Assembly: GCA_951406725.2 (NCBI GenBank)
Contig: OX597830.1
Span: 50,716,001 to 50,780,000, forward strand
DNA from: Octopus vulgaris
Taxonomy: Eukaryota
Length of the DNA stretch: 64,000 nucleotides
Reading direction: 5' to 3'
This document shows positions 1-14,324 of the stretch, one piece after another; position 1 is the stretch's first letter; the number at the start of each line of letters is the position of its first letter. The notes beneath the pieces were generated by a model, which was given only the letters and a program-made list of their open reading frames with translations, made no database searches and had not been told where the DNA came from. Both the position numbers and the translations under genes were made by a program.

Positions 1-84
1 GTATGTATAACTAACTATCTATATAGATTTGATTTTGTGTATGTAATAGATACGTAGGTAAAAATATATGTACGTTTGTATACA

Positions 85-118
<34 letters not shown>

Positions 119-328
119 CATATCTTTGTGTGTGTGTGTGTGTGCATGTGTGTGTGTACATGTGTGTGTGTATGTATGTGCATATATAAAAATAAATGTG
201 TCAATATATGTGCAAATGTACTTATAAATATAACTACTTATGTATACACAAACATATACATATATATTTAATGTGAGTATATGTATATATACGTAAGTGT
301 GTTTACGTATGCGTGTATGTGTGTGAGT

Positions 329-420
<92 letters not shown>

Positions 421-600
421 ATCCTTTATCAATTTAATATTAGTTCATTGATAAACATGAATACCAACCATAATAAACTCACTTTCGATGTCTCAGACTT
501 AAAATAAAAAAAAATAAATTAGACCGTTTTTCATTCACGTTATAAAAACAGCGATATTAATACACCGACTACATATTAATATTTCATAATTTGCTACATA

Positions 601-697
<97 letters not shown>

Positions 698-751
698 GTA
701 TATATATATACATGCATATATATATATATATATTAATATTTGTTAGAAGTA

Positions 752-839
<88 letters not shown>

Positions 840-1014
840 TACATACATACAGACATACATATATAAATGTATGCATCTATGTATGTATATAATTTAGTAT
901 ATTAAATGAAAATGGTTCGTGATAGGAGGCCATCTGTCACAAATCATTTTAATTTAATGTAATAAATAATATTATTCCCGACATCCAACCAAGTCTGGAG
1001 GCTATCATTTGTGA

Positions 1015-1051
<37 letters not shown>

Positions 1052-1058
1052 TTATGCC

Positions 1059-1130
<72 letters not shown>

Positions 1131-1210
1131 TATATATATACATATATATATGTATGAAAATATTTATATATACAAATAAATAAATATGTATATATATATA
1201 TATATATATG
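85..1210. repeat. (TA)n/(TG)n microsatellite cluster with short AT-rich inserts
   Basis: Long pure TA and TG runs; unique spacers at ~420-600 and ~900-1017. Confidence 0.95.
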
Positions 1211-1719
1211 GGCTTAGGCCAACGCCTGTCATTTGGTAGAATTCTAAAAGGTGTGCTTGTGAAAGTGCGTGGTGAAGCTTATTTTTTACGTTTATTCGTA
1301 ACGCGAGTTTCCCTCCGTGGTTACTGGTAGTCTGCTGTGCGTATTCCGTTGGGGGAAATCAACAATACATAATGAGTAAAAATATTTATATCACACTTTA
1401 TAGCAAAATATGAGTTACAGAGGATTTGACAACCTAAATCCACCATGGAATCAAGCTAGCTCTTAGATTATTTCTCTCACAGATCACACTTTCTTCTGAA
1501 GTAAAAATGGCATATACCGATATTTCAGATATTCATCTTATATATTTTAAACGAAAATTTATTACTTATTCCATCAGTTGTCTTTTTGCATTTTTCTCAG
1601 AAATGCTTAATTATGTGGTCGTAAACAAACAAACAGCGACTTTCAAGTTGTGGCAATATGACAAACACAGATGTATAGTTACACGTGCCTAAACGTATAC
1701 ATGTATACATACTTATATA

Positions 1720-1778
<59 letters not shown>

Positions 1779-1786
1779 GTGTGTGC

Positions 1787-1935
1787 AGGCGCAGGCATGG
1801 CTGCGTAGTAAGAAGATTGCTCCTCAACTACATTGTTCCAGGTTTAACCCCCACATCAGGGTACCTTGGGTAAGTGTCTTTTATCATAGCCTCGAATGAG
1901 ACGATTTGGTAGACGGAAATTGAAAAATGCCCTTC
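1787..1935 (+). mobile_element. SINE family B (tRNA head + CORE-like motif), 5' part
   Basis: GGCGCAGGCATGGCTGCGTAGTAAG head; ACCTTGGGTAAGTGTC CORE-like motif; homologous to 7125 and 34350. Confidence 0.75.
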
Positions 1936-2414
1936 AAAGGCAATGTCATCTCGGAATACCTGTGTAAGTATGTCTTACGGACAGGAGATGCTCTGCATCT
2001 TGGCACCACTTTTCATATCAACGCTGTCGACACTAATTACGAACATTAATTACAAGGGCTTTCAAGACTGGGTTTGTCTGATATCTGGAATGGTATGTTG
2101 AAAGGTATCACAGGCGTGGCCACAGTGGTAAATAGTCTGAGAGTAAAAAAACGACGGTTATTTCTTGTGTTTCGAGAGTTTTCGAGAGAGCATATAGAGC
2201 TTACCTGTACTGACACAAATGAATGTTCTTGAAATGAACTCTGATTGAAAAAAAATCCATTGACCAATATTGTATTCTTTGTATCAAGACTTATCTCAGA
2301 AGAATTGTATAAAATAACGATTCCAGATTTGCTGCTATGTTGCAGGAAATTAGAGAAATGGCTTTGGGCGTTACATCCCTTCTTTATTCTTTGGATTAAC
2401 AGAATATTGATGGA

Positions 2415-3600
2415 TTGTGGTGATGATGGTGGTGATGATGATGATGGCGGCGGTAGTGGTGGGAGGGAAGGAAAAAAGAAAACAAATGCATCTTGTTAAA
2501 AGCCTGTTGATTAAACTCATTATTATATTTCGTTTATTAGTCACGGAACAGTGTAATTAAAAGGCCTCCAGATGGATGTTATCTCATTGAAATATGAAGA
2601 TGGCCTCGATGCTTTCTATAATGTTTGGACCTTCTGAAGGAAATCAATATAGAGCAGAAGGAAGGAATGGTTATCACATATTAGGAATCTACAAATTAAC
2701 AAGAATATTTGGTGGTGGCGGTGGTGATGTCGTTGTTGCTGTTGGTGATGGTGGTGGTGGTGGTGGTAGTGGTAGTGGTGGTGACGTGGAGAGTAGTATT
2801 AGTAGTGGTGGCGATGAGGAAAGGGGTAGTTATAGTGATGTGAGTAGAGGTGATGGTGGTAATTATATAGTGGTGGAGGAGGTTGCGAATGGGGTTGGAA
2901 CACGTGTATACGGCGCGGGTGGTGTTTCTGATTAGAAGTGGCAGCGGTGGAAGAGGAGATGGTATGGGGATAAGTTATGGTGGTGGTGGTGGTGGTGGTG
3001 GTGATGAGAAAAAGAGTATATGTGAGTTAGAGGTCCTAGTAATGGTGGTGGAAGTGATTGAGGTGGTGGGAGGAATGGTGCTGGAACTGGTAGTGGCACT
3101 GGTGGTGCTGGTGATGGTGGCAATGATACAGTTGCTAGAGGAGGTATTTGTGGTGAAGAGGATAGCGGTGATGATGGTAGAGTTGGCAGAGGGGGTGGAG
3201 GTGATGGTGGGGGTGAAGGTTTTGGCGAGGATCAAAGCAGATGGTTGCGGTGGTCGTGGTAGTGGTATTGGGGGGGAGATGGCATGATGGTTGCCATGAA
3301 GGCGTTAATATACGTTCTGTTGTTATTATTGTAGTTCCACGTGATTGTGGGGGTGATGGTAACAGTATGCAAGTGGTTGACGTGGGAGTAGAGGTGCAAG
3401 TATATGCAGCATTGTTGCAGCTGTTGATGGTTGTATTGACGGTAATGGTGACGATGGCTGAGGAAGTATTGAGTGTGTTGCAGGCAGTGGTGGTGGTGGT
3501 GGCGCAGATGGCGATGAAAGTGCTGATGTCGGCGAATGTCCTGATTTCGTTGTGTTAGTGCTGCTGATGGTGGTAGTGTAGGTGATGACGGCCAGTAAGT
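2415..3600. repeat. Degenerate (GGT)n/(GAT)n low-complexity tract
   Basis: G-rich trinucleotide periodicity; the Gly/Val/Thr-rich ORFs are by-products. Confidence 0.85.
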
Positions 3601-3861
3601 GAGGGTTCATTGGCAACACCTATACGTGAATGGCTGATGGCTGGAGTAGCATGTGAATAGGCGTTCCTGTGGAATCCTTATCTTCTTCCGAAAGCAATCC
3701 ACCATTCGTAAGGAAGGATAAACTTTTCATTTGCTTGTAATTCGAACATTATATATACGCTTACATACATATATATATATAGACACACACACAGACACAA
3801 GTACATGCTTATATGCATATTTATCTGTGTGTGTGTGTGATTGTGAGTGTGTATGAATGTG

Positions 3862-3910
<49 letters not shown>

Positions 3911-4147
3911 ACACACACATATATGTATATGTATATGTATATAACATATATACACATATACGTATAAAATATGTATGCAAATACTTCCATACCCATATAA
4001 ACCCACATTCACAAATACATATATATGCATGTATAAATATATATTTAAGTATGAACATGATTATATTTTATCTATACACAAATGTATTTATTACACCTTT
4101 CCATTTACAAGGAATACGTATGCATATATGCACACAGTCACACTCAG

Positions 4148-4212
<65 letters not shown>

Positions 4213-4540
4213 CATATATATCATTTAGATAATATGTCATTATATAATATTGAACTTCGATGACTAAATCATGCAATTAGCTAATTTCAAGATTCTTTGA
4301 GTTCCACCAGGATACGAAGTTAAGGAATCACTAGAAATAATTACGAAATGGTTTGTCTGCATTTGAGATCTAAATATAATTCTTTCACCAGAATTAAATT
4401 CAATTCTGCAATTTGGAATACTCTTAGGAAATCTTTGGATTTGTTTCAGTAACATCTGCGTAATTCATCTTTAAATTTTTGCCCGTTTACCACATTCATG
4501 CTTTCCAGAACATTCTACAAATAAGATGATTGTAAAACTT

Positions 4541-4570
4541 GCATACATACATACATACATACATAAATGC

Positions 4571-4611
<41 letters not shown>

Positions 4612-4629
4612 CAGATAGATAGATATATA

Positions 4630-4675
<46 letters not shown>

Positions 4676-4692
4676 TAGATAGATAGATAGAT
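4541..4692. repeat. (ACAT)n/(GATA)n/(TA)n microsatellite
   Basis: Direct reading. Confidence 0.95.
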
Positions 4693-4693
4693 A

Positions 4694-5772
4694 TGTTTCT
4701 TTATTAGCCACACCGGGCTGCACACAAATTACAAGGTAGAGCTTTTCTTTTGAAGGGTTAGAAAAAAAAAAAAAAAAGGAAGGGGGAGTTTCGATCAAAA
4801 GGGATCGTAAAAGGAGAGAAAGAGGACAAAAAAAGGGGGGTTAAAAAAAAGGGGGGAGGAAAAAAATTGATCAATAGGGATCGTTATCACAGAAATGTCA
4901 ATATGAAGTGTAAAGGGGAGGACAGGTGAGGTTTACCCGTGGAAAGAAAAAGCCTACGGAAAAGACCACGGTAACCTCGGTCAATGAAGTCACATTTTAT
5001 ATTTCTTTTTTTTTTTTTTTTTTTTTTTTGCAAATAAGCAACTCTCTGTTTTCGATTTCTGGGTTCATAGGACTATGCTCAAGGTGGCTTCGTCATTCAT
5101 ACGTGCCATTCTTGCTACATTCACCCATCTTTTTTAAAACATTCGCTAGACAAAACTTGCCTCTCTACTCTCACTTTCCTTTTCAAGTGGTACTTGAAGA
5201 AGTTGATGAGAGATTGACCAGAGAGGAAAGTGTTTGTCTCCAATCCTTTCAGACGCGTCCACCAGATACATTCTTTCGCCATAGCCACAAGGATGATGAA
5301 AATAGCTCTTCCTTCCCGTTTGAAGGAAGGAGGCGTGACAATATTGACGATAGACTCAGCTGATAAACCGACTCGTCCCACACGTGACAGCAGTTGTTCG
5401 ACACAAGCCCACAGGTCGGAAATTGTTGGACACTGAACGAGTGCGTGCAGAACGGTTTCGTCGCTCTGACCGCATCTCGGGCAGGTCGGCCCCGTGTTTC
5501 TCGAGCCGTGTCTGTAGAGCTTATCCCGAACGGGTAGCGCTTCTCGGTAGCACTGCCAGGTCAGGGATCTCTGGAAGTTGTCCATGGGCCCTGGCCCGAA
5601 AGTCGTCCTGAACAGGCGGGTCAGGTACTCCTCGTCGACGTCCAGGTTCGCCCCGAGCTCGTCGTCGTACCTCCCCTCCACTAAACCCCTATAGAATGCT
5701 TTGGTTGTGTTGAAGTCACTTAAGGTCGACCCAGGACGGCAGAGTTGCTTGAGAGCAACGCGACACTCGCGG
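4694..5772 (-). mobile_element. 5'-truncated Tx1/L1-clade LINE (ORF2 C-terminus + 3'UTR)
   Basis: GC-rich insert between GATA arrays; T-rich 3'UTR ending GTGTGGCTAATAAAGAAAC followed by (TATC)n. Confidence 0.85.
5121..5771 (-). pseudogene. LINE ORF2 C-terminal zinc-binding (zf-RVT-like) domain
   Basis: Frame open from the 5' truncation point; LTWQCYREALPVRDKL...CPRCGQSDETVLHALVQC...AKECIWWTR is a typical Tx1/L1 CCHC region. Confidence 0.85.
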
Positions 5773-5907
5773 TAGATATAGATAGATAGATATATTGATA
5801 GATAGATAGATAGATAGAGAGATAGATATAGATAGATATAGATAGATAGATAGATTGATATATAGATAGATATATAGATATAGATAGATATATAAATATA
5901 TATATAT

Positions 5908-5949
<42 letters not shown>

Positions 5950-5954
5950 TGATT

Positions 5955-6006
<52 letters not shown>

Positions 6007-6109
6007 TAGATAGATAGATAGTTTTATAGATATAGATAGATAGATATAGATAGATAGATATAGATAGATAGATAGATTGATAGAGAGATTGATACATATA
6101 TATATATAT

Positions 6110-6208
<99 letters not shown>

Positions 6209-6210
6209 TG
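5773..6210. repeat. (GATA)n microsatellite
   Basis: Direct reading. Confidence 0.97.
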
Positions 6211-6762
6211 TATACATACATATATATCCTTACAGATATATACATGCATATTGACATACATACATGTACATATATATAGATAGGTATGTATATATACAGA
6301 AATAGGTAGGTAAATATAGATACATAGCCATATAGATGCATGTATACATACACCATATGCAACAATAACAGATGGAGATAATATTGCCACCTCCACACGG
6401 ATGAACAATACATACTTAAGAGCAAGATCTCTGATTGAGTTTTGCTTTGTACATGGATTTTGTTCGACGAAACCTGAAAGAAGTCCTTCGTGAACACAAA
6501 CACAGACACACGCACGCTCGCACGCATATATATATGTATATAAAAATTAGCTAGCACTTATTTGTTAAGTCATTTCGTTGCAGAAATTTCGTAACAAATC
6601 AGTGCTGTCTGCAATTTCTATAGAAAATCTCTAGAAATAGCCTGAAAAAGTGATTTAGTAGCACTGCTAATGCAATTAGATGCAGCATTGACTTATAGTA
6701 AAGCCTTTAATATACTTGGTAGTAGATTATGGGTGCACAATGAAATACGGTGTCTCTACAAG

Positions 6763-6832
<70 letters not shown>

Positions 6833-6921
6833 GTTTAAATATTTGTTGTGCAAGATTTTTATGTGAAGTCGTGTGTTGACGGTTAGTAATGAGATACACA
6901 AATAAGAAAGAAGAAAACAAA

Positions 6922-6966
6922 GGACCACTGATGCGGTCACAGGAGTGTGACGAAAGAACTCTGGCC
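6922..6966 (+). ncRNA. Minimal type I hammerhead ribozyme-like motif
   Basis: GGACCA-CUGAUGCG-GUCAC(aggagu)GUGAC-GAAA-GAAC-UC-UGGCC; stems I and II present, core differs at A9. Confidence 0.55.
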
Positions 6967-7084
6967 GAAATAAGATTAAGATTAATGTAAAAAATAAATA
7001 ACACTGAAGCAAAATAACACCAAATATATAGTGCGTGTGTTTTTATTGGCTAAACTGGCAAAATGACCATTCCGAAATATAACA

Positions 7085-7124
<40 letters not shown>

Positions 7125-7125
<1 letters not shown>

Positions 7126-7287
7126 GGCGCAGTAGTGGGTGTGTGGTAAGTAGGTTGCTTACCAACCACATGGTACCGGGTTCAGTCCCACTGCGTGGCA
7201 TCTTGGGCAAGTGTCTTCTGCTATAGCCTCGGGCCGATCAAAGCCTTGTGAAGGGATTTGGTAGCCGGAAACTGATAGAAGCACGTC

Positions 7288-7289
<2 letters not shown>
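7125..7289 (+). mobile_element. SINE family B, 5' half
   Basis: A/B-box-like head, CCGGGTTCAGTCCCACTGCGTGGCATCTTGGGCAAGTG, ends in (TA)n. Confidence 0.85.
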
Positions 7290-7331
<42 letters not shown>

Positions 7332-7399
7332 GAAAATGCGAGATGCTTTGCCCCACGAAGAAACCGCAGGAACTATTCCGAGATTTTGCAGGCTCTGCT

Positions 7400-7705
7400 A
7401 AATCCATTGCAATGCTGGAAACACTTCCGTACTTTTAGCAGGTATCTGAGTATCACATGTGTTTCTCTCTTTAACCTGTACGCTTCGCCTGATTGCAGCA
7501 GTGAGAACTGAGCTATTCTTCACTCACGAATGGTTCCACTTCCAGTCTCTTATCAACTATAGCCATCGTTTCCTAGTTTCAGTTGCCATGGCTTTCTTCA
7601 GTTGTCTGGGTTTCAGATCTATCTTCTGCAGGCAATAGTGCACTGACGCCGATGGAAAGCTGCGGCAGTCGACTTTAATGGGAAATGAGACAGCATTTGA
7701 CAAGT
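7400..7705 (-). mobile_element. Decayed RLE-type LINE 3' end (HERO/NeSL-like)
   Basis: Minus frame FPIKVDCRSFPSASVHYCLQKIDLKPRQLKKA...RWL resembles the FPVEVGCRGF...WLW C-terminal motif. Confidence 0.45.
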
Positions 7706-8069
7706 ATGTCGTCGACTAATTCATGACATTATTTTTCACCTGGTGGGAAATACCGTATCTGTCCTCACGGAGCTCTGTAGGTTCGACCCCAAAGATTGTT
7801 TTAGTATTTTTGGAGTGCATGTCTGATCAGTGTGATCTTACCACTATTCCCCTGGAAAAACAAGTTCTCCCGTCAGGTCTAATTACATTTCCCAGTCTGA
7901 GGATCAATGCAAAATCTAAAATGGGTCCCCTATCACTGTTTTTGCCTTGGGAGCTTGGCCGGTGTTGTGTGTGCATGTATGTGCAGGTGTGTGCGTGCGT
8001 GTGTACATGTATGTGCATGTGTGTGCGTGCGTGTGTACATGCATGTGTGTGTGTATCACTGTGTGTTTA

Positions 8070-8262
8070 TGTGACGAGAGTCATTGACACCCCTGGGGGA
8101 TTGGCAGAATGGACAAGCCGAACTCTTATAAAGTGTAGTGTTCGGTAATAGAGAGATCGTTTGTTAGTCTCGCGAAGAACGTCGTGTGAACACATCGAAT
8201 AAACCTCCGCTGCATAATTTATCTATACCAATCTATGCCAGGATATAAAAGTGGCAGCGAGA
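8070..8262 (+). mobile_element. Possible LTR + primer-binding site of a Gypsy-like element
   Basis: Starts TGTGAC; TATAAA ~8128, AATAAA ~8198; followed by TGGCAGCGAG (PBS-like); terminal CA absent. Confidence 0.35.
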
Positions 8263-8410
8263 TATTCGAAGCTTGCGTAGGAAGTTTCAAATGTGATTTC
8301 TGTTTGGTAGGAAACCAAAAGAAATAATTATTTCTGCAGCAGATTATTCATGAAAATGGACGCTGACGAGATCCATCTAGAGCGAGTGCAATAAAAAATA
8401 TGCCTCCCCC

Positions 8411-8475
8411 AACGAACATTGCACGCATTATAACGAAATTTGCACACATTATAACGAACATTACAAGCATTTTGG
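8411..8475. repeat. 21-bp tandem repeat x3
   Basis: AACGAACATTGCACGCATTAT units. Confidence 0.85.
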
Positions 8476-9654
8476 AGCTTGCAAATTACTGCCAGCCTTT
8501 TTTTAGCAAATAAAATAATTTGCTAGGCGAAGCCTTCTTCAGCAGCTACACCTTAGATTAAATATATATACACGAGGCAATCCAATATATGCCCCGTGCT
8601 TATACATTCTAATTTTTCAAATCTACCGCGGAAGCGCAGCTCCTCGTCGGCAGTTGATGAATACGCCGGCTTTTTCGTTTCGAAAATTATCCCCAATAAT
8701 ACGCAAACACTCACATCGCCAAAAGGGTAGACCTTATCATTCTATGAATCAATATTAAGAGGGCTGAATGGTGTAGCGTCGAGCTAAGTGACTATAAATT
8801 CTTATCTTTGTTTCCTCCCTTGTTAGTGAAAAAGAAAAAATACAAAAAAATTTATGTGTAACATGTTTTTTACACCAGGTCTGAAGTTCTGTAGTCTTCT
8901 TCACAATGTAAGACATCAACTGTTACATCCAATCCTTTTCTTTATGATCCTACAACCTTCTCATCTTGGTGTTAGGATATCACTCCATGACTCAGTTTAA
9001 GAAGACCGGAAGAAATTATAGAATAATCTTTAAATAAGTCGAATGTTCTAACTTGCCTCTTCTTTCCATCGTTAGTCCTTCCTTAATCTGTTAAATCTCA
9101 GCCTCGTTCTGACCTATTTGTGTCTCCGGTCTAATTATCTTCTCTTTTTCCGCTAAACCCCCAGATGGTGCCACGATACTATACTAATCACGCAGTCAGA
9201 TCCCCTTTCAACAATTACGTCCTCCTACCATAATCAAGGAAATGATGTATTACATAATACCTCATATATTCCCACATACATTTGAAATCAGAACAGCCCA
9301 ACCTTTGAACGTAGCTGTGGTAGGTTACGATTGATGTGGGATATATTATAGATATATCACGCCACTCAGTTTAATACCACCGCTAACACACTTAACACCA
9401 TTAATGTTACTACTAGCCTGCTTGGTTCTTTGGTGACTTTTGAATATTCACTCTATTCCAACCGTCTGAATCAGGTTCACCAATTTTCTTCCTGGCCACG
9501 TTTTGACTTACAGAAAATCAGACTCGATATTAAACGCAGGGATCACAACGGTTTGGACTAAACGAAGTGCTGAAGACATGACAGAACCATCAATTCTCAC
9601 TTAACTTTTAACGTAAAAACCAACATGAATTTAATATCCGTCTGGTCAAAGGCT

Positions 9655-9847
9655 GGCCGAAACGTTAACGCTTCGTGCAAGATACTTCGCGGTATTTTAC
9701 CCTTCTTTATGTTCAGAGTTCGAATTCGCCTTTCATTCTTCGTGGATGTATAACATAAGGAACAGATGAGCTCAGGGGTCGTGGTAATCAATTTTCCCCC
9801 TGCCTCATAATTGCTGACCTTGTGCCAAAATTTGAAAATATTATTAG
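9655..9847 (+). mobile_element. SINE family A, degenerate copy
   Basis: GCTGGCCGAAACGTTAAC head, GTTCGAATTC B box, GACCTTGTGCCAAAATTTGAAA tail. Confidence 0.7.
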
Positions 9848-10399
9848 TCTTATCTGGAAGTGAAACCCACAACGATAATTTAACATAGTAGCAACTTCTA
9901 CTAAACTCTAACGCACCAAACATAGAACAAAAGTTATTAAAAGAATAGCAAACCAACAATAATATTTCTCAATATGCGATAAATTGATGCGAGCAGAATA
10001 TCTTTGGTATGTTTATATATATAAATTTCTTTTTACTGAATATCAATGGTAAAACATATCATATAGAAAGATATTAAAGTGAAGACGAGAGAAAATAAAA
10101 AAGCCTGCAAGTTTAAGATATATACACCGGGTTTAGCGATGGGAAAGAAATATTTTAGTAACGAAGAAAAAGATACTTAGTCAAGCAAAAGAAATAAAGG
10201 AAACAAAAAAATATATAAGCGAAGAATGAGGGAGGTGGACGGACTTTATATGGTAGCGACAATACAGTGATATCTGATTGAAGAAGTCGAATAAGAAAAT
10301 GGTGGAATAAATATATTGAAGAAATTTGTTTTAAGAGAAAAGGGAATCACATTTTGAAATAAACAAAATTTTGTGTGTACCAAATATAAAGGAAACGGC

Positions 10400-10421
10400 A
10401 AAATACTCACTTGTTTAGTGC

Positions 10422-10467
<46 letters not shown>

Positions 10468-10553
10468 AGTATATATATATGTGTGTGTGTGTATGTATAT
10501 ATATATATATATATATATGCATGTATTTCCATATGCATACATATACATGTATG

Positions 10554-10627
<74 letters not shown>

Positions 10628-11328
10628 CATATGTGTATATATATATATATATATATATGCATACATATGTATGTGTCTGTGTATTATGTAGCTCTAATAT
10701 CATATTAAACTAAAACTTGGAAAATAAATGCTATTTTACTTAAGTTACTATGGGATTCGAAATACGGTAACGACAGATAATGCCAGCCAACCACCACACA
10801 CATACATACACAGAAACACAGAAACACACACACATATATGCATGCAAACATATGTGTGTGCGTGTGGGTATTTCTCTCCATTTATCTTTATCTTTCCTTA
10901 TACCTACATACATACATACACACACACATAAACACGCGTACTCAGATATACGCACGCATGTACGCACACACATATATGTATATAGAAATGCGAAAAAACC
11001 ATATACATGATTGTTATTGCTCGTATGAAGGTTTAATACTCACGATCAGGGAAATATGTTGATTCGACTATGTGATATGACATTCAACGTTATTGATTTC
11101 AATATATACATATATATAAACATTTATGTGCGTTCATGTGTGTATGCACGTACGTGACTGTGTGTGTGTGTGTACGTGTGTATATGTGTGTGGGTGTATG
11201 TGTGCATGCGCATGTGTGAGTGTGTGTATGGATTTTATCATCGAGGATATACATATACATATAAAAACTTTCTGTCGCTCATACATGCATACATCTATAG
11301 GCTTTTTCATCAAATACATTCAGATCCT

Positions 11329-11407
<79 letters not shown>

Positions 11408-11411
11408 CTCT

Positions 11412-11501
<90 letters not shown>

Positions 11502-11510
11502 TATATACAC
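10400..11510. repeat. (TA)n/(CA)n/(TATC)n/(TC)n microsatellite cluster
   Basis: Direct reading. Confidence 0.9.
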
Positions 11511-11792
11511 ATATACACATAACAAGCAAAAAAGCTATTTCTATAATCAATGTAAGAGATGGACGCAGTTGCTGTACTGGCGACTAATGGTTGTCGCCAC
11601 TTCAACATGTGTGTCCCGTTGGAATGGACGTTACTGTGATTTTTTGACCACAACAGAACATTTCGTCTAACTGGTTAACGATGCAACCTGCATATAATAC
11701 ATTGCGAACTCCTGCCTCCTTGTAGCGATGGGACAACTCTATGTATGTGTGTATCCGTGCGTGTGTGTGTGTGCGTGTGTGTATAAATATAT

Positions 11793-12250
<458 letters not shown>

Positions 12251-12766
12251 AACTAATAAATAATTTGATTGCATAATTTCACATTATAAAAACATTTAAT
12301 AATTATAAGTGTCTCTATTTACTACTATCACGTGTGTGTGTGTGAATACTATAATGGAGAAAGCTGCTTATTAATTAGGTATGTAACAATTACTAACAGT
12401 ACTAAATGAAAACAATATTCAAGGCTTGACCGTCTGGAAATATTTCTGTGAATTCTTGCTTTAAGAAATTTCCTATAATTTCGATTTCTCAAGTTTATTG
12501 AAATATTTAACTGCATATTCTCTCAAATTTAAATATTCATTGCATTCACTGTGTCAAATTCTTCATAAGCTTAAATATTCATTACATTCACTGCGGAGTA
12601 GATCTTAATGTAAGCCTTAATTTAACTATGTGATCGCTTCTAAACAAGATGGATTGTTTTTCAGTTCATGCTTATTTTGATTCAATGTTTCCAATGTTCT
12701 CTCCCCCAACTCCCTATCACACACAAACACACTCACACTGTCTCTCTAATATAAACATACACACAC

Positions 12767-12824
<58 letters not shown>

Positions 12825-12859
12825 TTGTTTTCTTTGTTACACAAATATCACATTTGAAT

Positions 12860-13980
12860 TTTTGCAATTCAGCATAAGGCATCTAAAAAACTATGCGACG
12901 GAAAATGAAAATTTAGCAGCAAAGGCAAGACGGCAGAGGGAAAGATGGGCAACTGAATCGGATGAAACCAAAGCAAAGCGACTGAAAGAGATGCCTGAAT
13001 ATGCACGGAGACGTAGACATGGTTCTGTTTCCGCTACACATTACCGACAGTTTAGGATGTCTCTAGAGAAGAATATTCTACTTCAAAATAACGGTGTCAG
13101 ATCACAAATTGTTGATGCAACACTAAAGAGATCGTTTCTTTGCGATCATGTGGAAGCAGTGGAGTTGACAACCAATCTAAGACTTCTTACCTAAGGTCGT
13201 TCTGAAGAAAAAGAGTTTGCTAATTACCCTCTTGATGTAGGAAATGGTAACATTTCTGTTGAACAAAGCCTAGGTGAGTTCAAAATCAAACTACCCAATG
13301 ACACTTGCCTTGAAAGTGGTACTCTTTTAGATTTATGTGATTTTGTACATGCTGACCTCAAAACTAAATTCACAAACACTGTGTGTCTTGCAAATAGAAC
13401 CATTGTTACTCCAACAAATGAAGCAGCACAAATTGTGAATGGTTTTCTGTTGACCAGGCTCCCTGGTGAGCTGAAAATATACAGAAGCTCAGATACAGTT
13501 GATAATGAAACCCAATCGAGTTCATCAACAAAGTTACTCCATCAGGATTTCCACACATTCTCAAACCGAAGAAAAAATGATGCAGAGAAATTTAAATGCT
13601 ACTAATGATCATTGCAATGGCACACGCTACATCATTGTCAGTTTACGTGATCATGTTATTGAGGCTGAAGTTGCTTCTGGTCCTTATGCAGGATCAACTC
13701 TGCAAATCCCAAGAATGTCACATGTATCTCAAGAAATGAAATTTCCATTCACATTCACACGCAAACAATTTCCTGTCAAGCCATCTTTTGCTTTGATGTG
13801 CAACAAGGCACATGGGCAGACATTTGAACAAATTGCAATATATGTTCCGATACCATTCTTCTCACATAGTATGTCGCATTATGTAGAGTTCGAACAAAGG
13901 CTAATGCAAAAGCATTGGATGAGAAAAATAGAAATAGTATGATTACTGACAATTGTGCCTACAAGGAGATACTACTTTAA
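12860..13980 (+). mobile_element. Internally deleted Helitron (Rep/Hel N-terminal piece + PIF1 helicase C-terminus)
   Basis: RNLNATNDHCNGTRY...IPR...FTRKQFPVKPSFALMCNKAHGQT = PIF1 motifs; IVDATLKRSFL and IVTPTN motifs; stops and frameshifts. Confidence 0.88.
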
Positions 13981-14242
13981 AGCAAAATATGCTTTTTAGC
14001 AGGTTTCATTAAATAGAATTAACACGTAAATTATATGTAAAAAAAACATGTATTCGTGAGGAATTCAATTGTTTTTGCATATTTCGACACATGCTGGATG
14101 AATGATATCGTTATATTAGATCATTTTCAATTTGGGTATATTTAAAAAAGGAAGGATATGCCATCCCCATGTGTTCTTACAGCACCCAACTTTTGTGTGT
14201 GTGTGTGCGTGTGTGTGTTTGTATGTATTCATCAATCCTTCC

Positions 14243-14324
<82 letters not shown>

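Noticed and set aside
19-1143. YI/HT/VC/LSIY-repeat ORFs here and throughout the window
   Set aside because: Translations of stop-free microsatellites; not genes
1270-1330. GAAACTCGCGTTA on the minus strand resembling a hammerhead 3' half
   Set aside because: No CUGANGA core or stem II found
2200-2345. Possible minus-strand exon (CAG|GTAAGC donor, one open frame)
   Set aside because: Peptide unrecognisable, acceptor weak, no supporting neighbouring exons
2594-3619. Gly/Val- and Thr/Pro-rich ORFs (mucin-like)
   Set aside because: Degenerate GGT repeat open in several frames on both strands
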